Source: Candidatus Fimivicinus intestinavium
GTDB taxonomy: Bacteria > Bacillota > Clostridia > Oscillospirales > Acutalibacteraceae
Assembly (NCBI GenBank): GCA_018715765.1
Contig: DVKY01000113.1
Location: 2,282 to 66,281 of the forward strand
Direction of reading: 5' to 3'
Length of the DNA: 64,000 nt
Made by a program: the position numbers and the translations under genes. Below are positions 45,728 to 54,831 of this stretch, one piece after another. Positions within the stretch are counted from its first letter, which is position 1; every line of letters starts with the position of its first letter. The notes below the pieces were generated by a model. It saw nothing but the letters and a program-made list of their open reading frames with translations, was not told the origin of the DNA and did not search any database.

Positions 45728-46447
45728 TCAGCCCTCCTCCAACTCTACCGCCGTTTGCAAGGCAATTTCCATCATCTGGGTAAAACTTGTCTGCCGCTCC
45801 TGGGCGGAGCAGGCCTCCCCCGTGAAGGGGCAGTCGGAGATCGTGCACAGGGCCAATGCCCTCTTGCCTGCGCGCGCCGCGGTCATATAAAGCGCGGCGG
45901 CCTCCATTTCAATCGCGAGCACGCCCATCTTTTGCCACGCTGCCAAGCTATCCCCATCGTCATAAAAGGTATCGGAGGAGAGGAGATTTCCCACCTTCAT
46001 CGTAATCCCCTTTTCCCGGGCAATCCGATCTGCCGTGCAGAGCAGCCCGTAATCCGCTATGGGGGCAAAGGCTCCAGGCAGGCCGTATTGCCGGGCAAAG
46101 CTGGAATTTGTGCACGCTCCGAGCCCTGCGACGATATCGCGCACATGCAGCTGGGGGCTAATGGCCCCGGCAGAACCAATGCGGAGAATCGCTTCCACCC
46201 CATAGAAATGATAGAGCTCATAGGCATAGATCCCGATTGACGGCATTCCCATACCGCTGGCCATCACAGAAACAGGAACCCCCTGATAAAAGCCGGTATA
46301 GCCCTGAATACCGCGCACGTTGTTGACCAGCTTCGGTTGCTCCAGATAGTGCTGCGCAATATATTGTGCGCGCAGCGGGTCCCCAGGCATCAGCACGGTT
46401 TTTGCAAACTCGCCCGCCTGGGCCTCAATATGTGGAGTAGGAATCAT
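45728..46447 (-). CDS. deoD: Purine nucleoside phosphorylase, DeoD type
   Basis: MIPTPHIEAQAGEFAKTVLMPGDPLRA...GMGMPS...EMEAAALY. 239 aa. Confidence 0.9.
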   Translation of the reverse strand: MIPTPHIEAQAGEFAKTVLMPGDPLRAQYIAQHYLEQPKLVNNVRGIQGYTGFYQGVPVSVMASGMGMPSIGIYAYELYHFYGVEAILRIGSAGAISPQLHVRDIVAGLGACTNSSFARQYGLPGAFAPIADYGLLCTADRIAREKGITMKVGNLLSSDTFYDDGDSLAAWQKMGVLAIEMEAAALYMTAARAGKRALALCTISDCPFTGEACSAQERQTSFTQMMEIALQTAVELEEG

Positions 46448-46748
46448 CCTGCATCCTTCCTTTCCAATAAATTTTCTCTACTAAACGAATGCTAAAAGGC
46501 CTGCACAAATTACAGAGCGCATTCCTTAGAAAATGATTCTGTTGGAATGGGAGAGCATCCTTTATGCAATCTTTATTTGCAACCATAAAACTTTAAACGC
46601 TTTTTATGCCGAACGTGCTATGATTGGGGCAAAGATCGGGGAAAGAAGGGTTTCCAATGTAATTCTCAAGCCGCTGTAACCAGTCTGACAGAGAGTTCAC
46701 AGAACGGACTTATAAATACCTGAATCGATTGAAAGAGGATTTTAAACG

Positions 46749-47129
46749 ATGAAGATGAAAGAACACGGTTCGCCCAGCAACCCCACGATCCTGCTTTTAT
46801 GCGCACGGGAGCCTGAAGACAAACAGTGGAAGGCCCTGATAGACGCCTTAGCCCTGCAATACCATATTTTAATCCCTCAGCTGATGAAAACCGCCTCTAC
46901 CCCAAAGACATTAAAGGAAATTACGCACTATGTCGCCAGCCGCTACGATGGCCATATCTATGCGGTTTATGGGCTGGCCGACAGCTGGAGCCTGCTGCAC
47001 GAAATGCTGCGTGAAGGAAGAATTCATTCCTCTAAAACAATGATTGAGAGCTGCGACTGCCCGCCCGGCTGCTTTGCAGCCTCTCTGCTCTCCGGCCGAA
47101 ACGGCCCGGAAGAAGGGGGAGAAAAATGA
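46749..47129 (+). CDS. Hypothetical 126-aa protein, possibly a degenerate alpha/beta-hydrolase-like remnant
   Basis: ORF ends in ATGA overlapping the dapA start. Contains PTILLLCA and YGLADSWS, which reads like a nucleophile elbow without the GxSxG serine. No family recognised. Confidence 0.4.
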   Translation: MKMKEHGSPSNPTILLLCAREPEDKQWKALIDALALQYHILIPQLMKTASTPKTLKEITHYVASRYDGHIYAVYGLADSWSLLHEMLREGRIHSSKTMIESCDCPPGCFAASLLSGRNGPEEGGEK

Positions 47130-48097
47130 AGCAGACTGTTTTTACCGGCTCTGCTACAGCGTTGGTCACCCCTATGCGAGAGGATTTTTCGATTGACTTC
47201 GCTGTTTTTGAGGCGTTAATTAACGATCAAATTGCCCGCGGCAGCGATGCGCTCGTGATAGCCGGTACGACCGGGGAAAGCGCAACGCTGAGTGATGAAG
47301 AGCATATTGAGCTGATTCGATTTGCGGTCAAAGCCGCGAAGGGGCGCGTGCCCATCATTGCAGGCGCAGGCAGCAATAACACAGCGCATGCTGTAGCGCT
47401 CTCCAGGGCTGCGGAAAAAGCCGGCGCCGACGCCCTTCTGCATGTCACGCCCTATTACAACAAAGCCTCCCAGCGCGGCCTGATCGCGCATTTTACCGCA
47501 TGTGCGGCTGCAACGGATTTGCCCGTTATTCTATACAACGTCCCCTCCCGCACAGGTGTAAACATCCGCATCGAGACCTATGAGAAGCTGGCACAGGTCA
47601 GCAACATTGTTGCCACAAAGGAGGCAAGCGGCAATTTTTCGCAGATTGCAAAGATTGCCGCTGTATGTGGAGACGACCTTGCAATCTACTCCGGCAATGA
47701 CGATCAGATTACTTCCGCACTTGCTTTGGGTGCGAAAGGCGTGATTTCCGTGCTGGCAAACGTAGCGCCTGAGGATACGCATCAAATCTGCCAAGCCTTC
47801 TTCGATGGCGATATGGCGTTAAGCGACGCGCTACAGCTCAAATATTTAGAGCTAATCGAGCGGCTTTTCAGCGATGTGAACCCGATCCCGGTTAAGCAGG
47901 CGCTCTGTTTCATGGGCATCCCGGTTGGAAAGTGCAGGCTGCCGCTGTGTGAGATGGAAGATATTGCCGCAGAGCAGCTGCTCGCCACGCTGCACAAATA
48001 TGGCCTGTGCAGCCCCGAAGAAACCGGCCGTGCCGGGAGCGTGACCGTGCGCCGCCCCCAGGCGGCCCTGCTCTGGAATGCGAGCATACACGGATAA
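47126..48097 (+). CDS. dapA: 4-hydroxy-tetrahydrodipicolinate synthase
   Basis: GSATALVTPM, GTTGES, YNVPSRTG and the Schiff-base lysine context (VATKEASG). About 28 aa longer at the C-terminus than I would expect for DapA. Confidence 0.9.
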   Translation: MKQTVFTGSATALVTPMREDFSIDFAVFEALINDQIARGSDALVIAGTTGESATLSDEEHIELIRFAVKAAKGRVPIIAGAGSNNTAHAVALSRAAEKAGADALLHVTPYYNKASQRGLIAHFTACAAATDLPVILYNVPSRTGVNIRIETYEKLAQVSNIVATKEASGNFSQIAKIAAVCGDDLAIYSGNDDQITSALALGAKGVISVLANVAPEDTHQICQAFFDGDMALSDALQLKYLELIERLFSDVNPIPVKQALCFMGIPVGKCRLPLCEMEDIAAEQLLATLHKYGLCSPEETGRAGSVTVRRPQAALLWNASIHG

Positions 48098-48110
48098 AGG
48101 CATTACCCAA

Positions 48111-48145
48111 CATACCCATTGCAAGCCGCAATGGGTATGTTTTTG
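48111..48145 (+). terminator. Intrinsic terminator after dapA
   Basis: catacccattgc / aagcc / gcaatgggtatg is a perfect 12-bp stem, followed by ttttt. Confidence 0.8.
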
Positions 48146-48214
48146 ATTAAGCCCGGGCAGAAGCGCTGTATTTCGGCACAGCCGGGGAGCGGGCACGACT
48201 GCCCCCCTCTGCCC

Positions 48215-48883
48215 CTATCGCACTGTTCCTGCCAGACGCTTGCGCACCAGCGGCACAATAGCGCTTGAGCCGATGCGGGAAGCCCCCAATTGTAAAAAAC
48301 GATCCGCCTGCTCCAGCGTTCGGATTCCCCCTGCCGCCTTGATTTTCAGATGCGGCGCGATATGCGCCTTAAAAAGCTTAATATCATCAAACATTGCCCC
48401 TGCGGTGGAAAATCCGGTTGAGGTTTTAATAAAATCTGCGCCGGAGCGGGATACAATATCGCATACCCGAATTTTTTCATCCCAGCTCAAAAGACAGGTC
48501 TCCACAATCACCTTTAAAATTTTCCCCCGCGATGCGACCCGGACGGAACGGATGTCAGAAAGCACGCCGTCGTCATCCCCTGCCCGCAAAAGGCCCAGGT
48601 TTATCACCATATCGATTTCAGATGCGCCCTGCCTCACCGCCTGCGTTGTTTCAAAGCATTTTGCCTGCGTGCTTTCATAGCCGTTTGGGAACCCAACTAC
48701 CGTGCAAATTTTCAGCTTGCCCTGCACATACTGCGCAGCCTTCTGCACATAGCAGGGAGGAATACAGACGCTCGCAACGCCGAACTGCATCCCCTCATCG
48801 CACAAGGCCTGGATTTCCGGCCAGGTAACCGTTTGTTTGAGCGCCGTATGATCGACGGCAGCTAATATCTTTTGCAGTTCCAT
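48215..48883 (-). CDS. deoC: Deoxyribose-phosphate aldolase
   Basis: DHTALK N-terminus, class I aldolase lysine context (FIKTSTGF), 222 aa. Confidence 0.9.
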   Translation of the reverse strand: MELQKILAAVDHTALKQTVTWPEIQALCDEGMQFGVASVCIPPCYVQKAAQYVQGKLKICTVVGFPNGYESTQAKCFETTQAVRQGASEIDMVINLGLLRAGDDDGVLSDIRSVRVASRGKILKVIVETCLLSWDEKIRVCDIVSRSGADFIKTSTGFSTAGAMFDDIKLFKAHIAPHLKIKAAGGIRTLEQADRFLQLGASRIGSSAIVPLVRKRLAGTVR

Positions 48884-49144
48884 AAAGAAACCCCTTTCAT
48901 CCGTGATCTGCGTATCTATCCCCTCATATACGATATCGAATCCTACAAAAAGACGCTTTTATTATAACGGAGTGTTCGTTAAAAAGTCAATTCCGATTTG
49001 AAAACCACGATTTCATAAGTGGTTACTTCTCCTCATTGGGCTTTAATAAAATCCTCCAAAACGCTTGAAAATAAAGGATTTATCTCAGTGCGTCCGCTTT
49101 ATCCCTTGATACCATTTCACTTGCGTTTATGCTTCTCTCGCCAC

Positions 49145-49171
49145 CTCATAAGGGCAAAACAAGGGGGAAAC
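49145..49171 (+). repeat. Copy A of a 27-bp direct repeat (ctcataagggcaaaacaagggggaaac)
   Basis: Matches copy B at about 24 of 27 positions with one compensated 1-nt indel. Lies 262 nt upstream of the deoC start, counted on the minus strand. Confidence 0.7.
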
Positions 49172-49268
49172 CGTGATACTTCCCACCAACAGTAACTACC
49201 ATATTGTGTTACAGCTGGTGGGAAGTTTTATTGACATAAGCAACTTCGTTCATATGAATAACTAGAGC

Positions 49269-49457
49269 CTAAATTTTGAATGGATCGATGTTAAGCTTTT
49301 TGCAAATTAGGATAACAATATCAAACGAAGCTCCACCTATGTCACGAGAAAGCAATGTCATAAGCGTGCTATATGGAATGTCAGCCTCAATAGCAAACTG
49401 ACGCAAACTCGTATATCTGTCCAGAATCAGATTCCGTAATTTTTGCTCACGATTCAT
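49269..49457 (-). CDS. Small XRE-family HTH protein, 62 aa
   Basis: LILDRYTSLRQFAIEADIPYSTLMTLLSRD is HTH_3-like. Its ATG overlaps the DeoR stop in an ATGA arrangement. Confidence 0.7.
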   Translation of the reverse strand: MNREQKLRNLILDRYTSLRQFAIEADIPYSTLMTLLSRDIGGASFDIVILICKKLNIDPFKI

Positions 49458-50230
49458 TTTGGCTCCTCAACAACCGTAATCTCGACGCCTCTTTCTTCGA
49501 TGGCAGTAATCTGATCTTCTACGCAATCCCAGTCTGTGATAATAAAGTCAAAGGCTTCTACGTCGCAAACTTTAATAAAGGAATCGACACCAATCTTTGA
49601 GCTGGGTATGACGAGGCATTTACTACGACTGTTTTTAATTACAGTGCGCTGGAATGCTGCCGTTTCATCTGTACCATTGGACAAACCGAACTCTGCTGTC
49701 AGACCACCTCCGGTAATAAAGCAGAGATCAAAATGCAATCTGCTCACAAATTCGTTGGCCAAGCTATCAACCAGTGAGCCGCTTTGCCGCATCTTTCCAC
49801 CGGCAATATATACGTCGATGTTTTCAAAACTTCTGAGTTCCTTGCCGATATCAACTGAATTTACGACTACAGTGTAATGGATATCTCGCGGCAAAAAGGA
49901 AACCATAATATGACCAAATGATCCGCTAGTTAAATATACTGTGTCATTTTCTTTGATATTTTTCACAGCCGCTCGTGAAATCTCTCGGTAGTTATCAAAA
50001 ATGGGCATATTATCAAAGTCTCTGTTGGCCGGAGGTCTTACGCTGACCTGTCCTATCGAAATGGCACCGCCATGGGTTCTCTTGCAAACACCTTTCTGTT
50101 CAAGCAGTCGTAGATCTCTGCGTGCAGACTCATCGGATATACCGTATTTACTTGTAATTTCAGCAACGGTGATCTTACCATTTGCTTTAATAGTATCTGA
50201 TATTTCTTGATGGCGTTCTTCAATAAACAT
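49454..50230 (-). CDS. DeoR-family transcriptional regulator
   Basis: N-terminal HTH (ITVAEITSKYGISDESARRDLRLLEQKGVCKRTHGGA) plus a DeoR C-terminal sugar-phosphate-binding domain. SD GGAGG lies 8 nt before the ATG at 50230. Confidence 0.85.
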   Translation of the reverse strand: MFIEERHQEISDTIKANGKITVAEITSKYGISDESARRDLRLLEQKGVCKRTHGGAISIGQVSVRPPANRDFDNMPIFDNYREISRAAVKNIKENDTVYLTSGSFGHIMVSFLPRDIHYTVVVNSVDIGKELRSFENIDVYIAGGKMRQSGSLVDSLANEFVSRLHFDLCFITGGGLTAEFGLSNGTDETAAFQRTVIKNSRSKCLVIPSSKIGVDSFIKVCDVEAFDFIITDWDCVEDQITAIEERGVEITVVEEPK

Positions 50231-50493
50231 AACTATACCTCCAAATTGAGAATAATATATTATCGAATTCGACATCATCATCATACAACACATTCGGTAA
50301 TAATTCAACGTTTTCGGTAATCGAATTTGCGTATATTTAATGAATCACATAGTCACGCTTTTGTAGATTCGAAGGATCCCTCGAACAAATCTGATGATTT
50401 GTTCGAGGGGTGTATTTTGCTCTCAAACGTCGAGGGCATATTACCCACTGAAAAATAGCCTAACGTTCGGAGGAATAGATTCCCTGGTTTCGG

Positions 50494-50520
50494 CTCGTAA
50501 GGGCAAAAGCAAGGGGAAAC
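50494..50520 (+). repeat. Copy B of the 27-bp direct repeat (ctcgtaagggcaaaagcaaggggaaac)
   Basis: See copy A. Lies 264 nt upstream of the DeoR start, counted on the minus strand. Confidence 0.7.
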
Positions 50521-50736
50521 AGATAAGATTTGAACGGAAAACAAGTGTGAAACCTTGAAAAATCAATGTTTTTTGAGGATTTGATAGTTAAATTCAGATT
50601 TTGCACGCTGAAAGGCCGGCCTTGCGGGAAAACACCACGCTAAACAACAGAACATGTCTATTTTCACTTTTCCGGATTGTTTCAGTGTTTATTTGCAGGC
50701 AGTACATTCCCCTTTCCCCCTTATTACGGCCGGCGC

Positions 50737-50757
50737 AAAAATCCCTGCCGCAGGGCA
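50737..50757 (-). terminator. Terminator-like hairpin downstream of rex, part of a larger 13-bp inverted repeat
   Basis: On the minus strand: ccctgcggcaggg followed by atttttg. atccctgccgcag (50741-50753) also pairs perfectly with ctgcggcagggat (50795-50807). Confidence 0.5.
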
Positions 50758-50926
50758 AGCTCCAAAGCCGCCCAAATGGGCCGGTTGGATGCCGCTGCGG
50801 CAGGGATAAAGCATTTCGTTTATCTGGACATCTACACACGCATGCATGAAAGGCAGGAACACTCACGTGATTTCAGCAAGGCACGGCGTTTAAGCTCACC
50901 GGCAGCCAATGCGCGCAATCCGTCCT

Positions 50927-51562
50927 CTAAAACTTAGTGCTCATTTGATAGCTCAGCGTCATCAGGCTATCGCTCAGGTGCACATTTTCCACCGCTACGC
51001 CGGGATAGTGCGCCGCAATATCAAAGTGCGTATAATTCCAAAAGCCCTTGATGCCGAGGCCGACCAGCTGCTCAATGATCTCCGGCGCGTTATCGCTTGA
51101 AATGCAAAGCACCGCCACCACCGGCAACTGCTCACGGCAGAAATCATCCAGCCCGTCCACATGGCGCACAGGCAGCCCGCGCACGAGTTGGCCCGCCAAC
51201 GCCTCGTTCTTATCAAAAATGCCGATGAGGCGAAAGCCCCGCGCCTCAAAGGACATATGCGTCGCAATTGCACGCCCCAGGTTGCCCGCACCGATCAGGA
51301 TCGTTTTCAGCCCCCGATCCACGCCGAGAATCCGCCCGATCTCTTTATAGAGCTGCTCCACATTGTAGCCATAGCCCTGCTGGCCAAAGCCGCCGAAGCA
51401 GTTGAGATCCTGCCGGATCTGCGAAGCGGTCAGGCCCATGCGCTGAGAGAGCTCGCGGGAAGAGATGCGGGTAATCCCGTGCTTTTCCAGCTCGCCGAGA
51501 AAGCGGTAATACCTGGGCAGCCGCTTGATGACGGACATCGAAATATTTTCGCTCTTTGCCAT
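50927..51562 (-). CDS. rex: Redox-sensing transcriptional repressor Rex
   Basis: VIKRLPRYYRFL...ISSRELSQRMGLTASQIRQDLNCFGGFGQQGYGY plus the Rossmann motif GAGNLG. Confidence 0.9.
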   Translation of the reverse strand: MAKSENISMSVIKRLPRYYRFLGELEKHGITRISSRELSQRMGLTASQIRQDLNCFGGFGQQGYGYNVEQLYKEIGRILGVDRGLKTILIGAGNLGRAIATHMSFEARGFRLIGIFDKNEALAGQLVRGLPVRHVDGLDDFCREQLPVVAVLCISSDNAPEIIEQLVGLGIKGFWNYTHFDIAAHYPGVAVENVHLSDSLMTLSYQMSTKF

Positions 51563-51575
51563 AGTCGATCCGCCC

Positions 51576-52745
51576 TTATTTGCTCAGCTTCTGCACAGTT
51601 TCCATCACATAATCCCCGAACTCGCTGCATGTGCAGCCGGTATCACGGCCAGTGATCGTCAGCCGCTTCTCTTCCAGCATGCAGATATCAAGCGCGCGTT
51701 CGAGCAGATCCGCTTTCTCCTGCCGGCCGATGTGTGAGAGCAGCATCACGCTTGCGCGCAGCATGGAGCAGGGATCAGCATACTGGCCGCGGCCCTCGCG
51801 GATCATGCGGGGCGCGGAGCCGTGGATCGCCTCAAACATGGCGTAGCGCTTGCCGATATTGGCGCTGCCCGCCGTGCCGACGCCGCCCTGGAACTCTGCG
51901 GCCTCGTCTGTAATAATATCGCCGTAGAGATTGGGCAGAACAAACACCCGGAAGTCACGGCGGCGCTTTTCATCGATGAGCTTCGCCGTAAGGATGTCGA
52001 TATACCACTCGTCCGTTGTGATCTCCGGATACTCCTCGCCGATTTTTTTGGCAGTGTTGAGGAATTTTCCGTCCGTCGTCTTGATTACGTTTGCCTTCGT
52101 TACGATGGAGACGCGGTTCTTGCCGTTGCGCCGGGCATAATCATAGGCCAGGCGGGCAATCCGCTCGCAGCCCTCCGCAGTGGCGACGACAAAATCCATC
52201 GCAAGATCGTCCGTCACGTGCACGCCCTTGGAACCGACGGCATAGGCGCCCTCTGTGTTTTCACGGAAGAAGGTCCAGTCAATGCCCTGATCCGGCACCT
52301 TGACCGGCCGCATGTTTGCAAACAGGTCAAGCGCCTTGCGCATTGCAACATTTGCGCTCTCAATATTCGGCCACGGGTCGCCGGCCTGCGGGGTCGTGGT
52401 CGGGCCCTTGAGGATGACGTGGCACTTTTTAAGCTCCTCCAGCACATCGTCCGGGATAGCCTTGTTGGCTGCCACACGGTTTTCAATCGTCAGGCCGTCA
52501 ATCACCCGGAACTCTACCTTGCCGGCCTTCACATCGTCCGCCAGCATGTATTCCAGCACGCGGGCCGATTCCTTCGTGATGATCGGGCCAATGCCGTCTC
52601 CGCCGCAAACGCCGATGATAATTTTATCCAGCTTATCGTAATCGATGAAATCCTTCTCCGCCTTGATACGTTCCGCGCGCTCATACTGCTCACGCACAAG
52701 CGCCTCAAAATGCTCCACAGCAGATTTGATTTTTGCCTCGTCCAT
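51576..52745 (-). CDS. icd: Isocitrate/isopropylmalate dehydrogenase family protein, probably isocitrate dehydrogenase
   Basis: Family motifs (GDGIGPIIT; FRENTEGAY; NLYGDIITDEAA). Assigned as IDH because it sits immediately downstream of aconitase. Substrate cannot be proven from sequence. Confidence 0.7.
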   Translation of the reverse strand: MDEAKIKSAVEHFEALVREQYERAERIKAEKDFIDYDKLDKIIIGVCGGDGIGPIITKESARVLEYMLADDVKAGKVEFRVIDGLTIENRVAANKAIPDDVLEELKKCHVILKGPTTTPQAGDPWPNIESANVAMRKALDLFANMRPVKVPDQGIDWTFFRENTEGAYAVGSKGVHVTDDLAMDFVVATAEGCERIARLAYDYARRNGKNRVSIVTKANVIKTTDGKFLNTAKKIGEEYPEITTDEWYIDILTAKLIDEKRRRDFRVFVLPNLYGDIITDEAAEFQGGVGTAGSANIGKRYAMFEAIHGSAPRMIREGRGQYADPCSMLRASVMLLSHIGRQEKADLLERALDICMLEEKRLTITGRDTGCTCSEFGDYVMETVQKLSK

Positions 52746-52768
52746 TGATCCAGCCTCCGTTATCTATG

Positions 52769-54703
52769 TTAGTTTGCGTTTTCACGGGTGTAGTTAAGCA
52801 GTCCGCCCGCCAGAAGCATCTCCGTCTGCCGCTGCGAAAAGCTGTAGGCAAGCGGATAGCTCTCGTTTTTCGTCGTGTTCTCAAGCGTCACCGGCTCACC
52901 CGCAGCGATGCGCGCGCGCACATCCGGCAGCCGAAGCTCGTCTCCGAGCGAAATTTTATCGTAATCTGCCTCATCTGCAAAGGTGAAGGGCAGGATGCCC
53001 GCGTTAATGAGATTCGCCTGATGGATGCGGGCAAAGCTCTTGGTGACCACGGCCTTTACACCGAGATACAGCGGCACAAGAGCAGCGTGCTCACGGGAGG
53101 AACCCTGCCCATAGTTTGCGCCGCCGATGATGATGCCCTTGCCCTCCGCCTTGCAGCGCTCGGAGAAATCCGGATCCACCTGACCGAAGCAGAATTTGGA
53201 GAGATAGGGGATATTGGAGCGGTAGGGCAGGATCTTCGCGCCCGCCGGCATAATGTGGTCAGTGGTGATATTATCGCCCACCTTGAGCACTGCCTTCGCC
53301 TCGATGGAATCCGGCAGCGCCTTCGTCACCGGGAACTCCTTGATATTCGGGCCGCGCACAACTTCCACATTCTTTGCCTCTTCAGGGGATGCGGGCAGCT
53401 CGACCATGTTGTCATTGATGAGGAATTCCTCCGGCAGCGTCACCTGGGGCGCATCGCCCAGCGTGCGCGGGTCGGTCAGCACACCTGTCAGCGCGCTCGC
53501 AGCGGCGACCTCCGGGCTGACCAGGTAGATGCCTGCATCCGCCGTACCGGAACGGCCCTCAAAATTGCGGTTAAAGGTGCGCAGGGAAATCCCCTTGGAA
53601 TTCGGGGACTGGCCCATACCGATGCAGGGGCCGCAGGCAGATTCCAGAATGCGCGCGCCCGCTGCGATCATATCGGCCAGCGCGCCATCCTGCGCGAGCA
53701 TGGTGAGCACCTGCTTAGAGCCGGGGGCAATGGAGAGGCTCACATCAGGATGCACCGTTTTGCCCTTGAGAATCGCGGCCACCTTCAGCATATCAAGCAG
53801 AGAGGAGTTTGTGCAGGAGCCAATGCAGACCTGATCCACCTTGATCGGGCCAATCTCCGTCACAGATTTTACGTTATCCGGGCTGTGCGGCATCGCGGCC
53901 ATCGGCGCGAGGGAGGAGAGATTGATCTCGATTACCTCGTCATATACAGCATCTGCATCCGGCAGCAGCTCCACCCAATCCTGCTCACGGCCCTGCGCCT
54001 TGAGGAAAGCGCGGGTGATTTCGTCAGAAGGGAAAACGGAGGTTGTCGCGCCGAGCTCCGCGCCCATGTTGGTGATGGTAGCGCGCTCCGGCACGGAAAG
54101 CGTTTTGACACCCTCGCCGCCGTATTCAATAATCTTCCCTACACCGCCCTTGACAGAGAGGATGCGCAGCACCTCCAGGATGATATCCTTCGCCGCCACC
54201 CAGGGGCTGAGCTTACCCGTCAGATTAACGCGCACCATCTTCGGCATGGTGATATAATAGGTACCGCCGCCCATGGCAACCGCCACGTCCAGGCCGCCCG
54301 CGCCAATAGCGAGCATGCCGATACCGCCGCCTGTGGGGGTATGGCTGTCAGAGCCGATGAGCGTTTTGCCGGGAATCCCAAAACGCTCCAGATGCACCTG
54401 ATGGCAGATGCCGTTGCCCGGGCGGGAAAAGCGGATGCCGTGCTTTTTGCAGACGGTTTGGATAAAGCGGTGGTCATCCGCATTCTCAAAGCCGGTTTGC
54501 AGCGTGTTGTGATCGATATAGGCAACGCTCAGCTCCGTGCGCACGCGCTCCACGCCCATGGCCTCAAATTCCAGATAGGCCATTGTGCCGGTAGCATCCT
54601 GGGTAAGCGTCTGGTCGATGCGGATGCCGACCTCGCTGCCGGGCGTCATATCGCCGCTGACAAGATGCGATTTGATCAGTTTTTGACCGAGGGTGTATCC
54701 CAT
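52769..54703 (-). CDS. acn: Aconitate hydratase (644-aa, mitochondrial/clostridial type)
   Basis: Fe-S cluster ligand contexts (IGSDSHT; IGSCTNSS; CGPCIGMG) and a C-terminal swivel domain (GGANYGQGSSREHAA). Confidence 0.9.
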   Translation of the reverse strand: MGYTLGQKLIKSHLVSGDMTPGSEVGIRIDQTLTQDATGTMAYLEFEAMGVERVRTELSVAYIDHNTLQTGFENADDHRFIQTVCKKHGIRFSRPGNGICHQVHLERFGIPGKTLIGSDSHTPTGGGIGMLAIGAGGLDVAVAMGGGTYYITMPKMVRVNLTGKLSPWVAAKDIILEVLRILSVKGGVGKIIEYGGEGVKTLSVPERATITNMGAELGATTSVFPSDEITRAFLKAQGREQDWVELLPDADAVYDEVIEINLSSLAPMAAMPHSPDNVKSVTEIGPIKVDQVCIGSCTNSSLLDMLKVAAILKGKTVHPDVSLSIAPGSKQVLTMLAQDGALADMIAAGARILESACGPCIGMGQSPNSKGISLRTFNRNFEGRSGTADAGIYLVSPEVAAASALTGVLTDPRTLGDAPQVTLPEEFLINDNMVELPASPEEAKNVEVVRGPNIKEFPVTKALPDSIEAKAVLKVGDNITTDHIMPAGAKILPYRSNIPYLSKFCFGQVDPDFSERCKAEGKGIIIGGANYGQGSSREHAALVPLYLGVKAVVTKSFARIHQANLINAGILPFTFADEADYDKISLGDELRLPDVRARIAAGEPVTLENTTKNESYPLAYSFSQRQTEMLLAGGLLNYTRENAN

Positions 54704-54746
54704 TGCGAGTCCTCCTACTTGTGTGGGTTTTTAACAATCTTTTTTT

Positions 54747-54775
54747 ATTTTATCCGTTTGTCGGTTTTTTGTCAA
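54747..54775 (-). promoter_or_regulatory. Sigma-A-type promoter for the acn-icd-rex cluster
   Basis: On the minus strand: TTGACA (54775-54770), 17-bp spacer, TAAAAT (54752-54747). The -10 hexamer ends 43 nt upstream of the acn ATG. Confidence 0.65.
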
Positions 54776-54831
54776 TAAATTCAGGCGCCAGATTTCAGGC
54801 GTCAAAACATTGAGCATCCAATTTCTAATAT

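Noticed and set aside
49145-49171. The 27-bp repeat as part of a riboswitch (GGGCAAA-type strings recall GEMM-I and glycine aptamer fragments)
   Set aside because: Only a short string resembles those aptamers. The remaining conserved stems and loops are not present around either copy, and both copies sit on the strand opposite the nearby genes. It is kept as an unexplained repeat, not called as a riboswitch.
52733-54778. 681-aa ORF antisense to the aconitase gene
   Set aside because: Same reasoning. The aconitase frame has all Fe-S ligand motifs. The antisense ORF is Arg/Ala/Leu-rich, has no recognisable domain and no SD.
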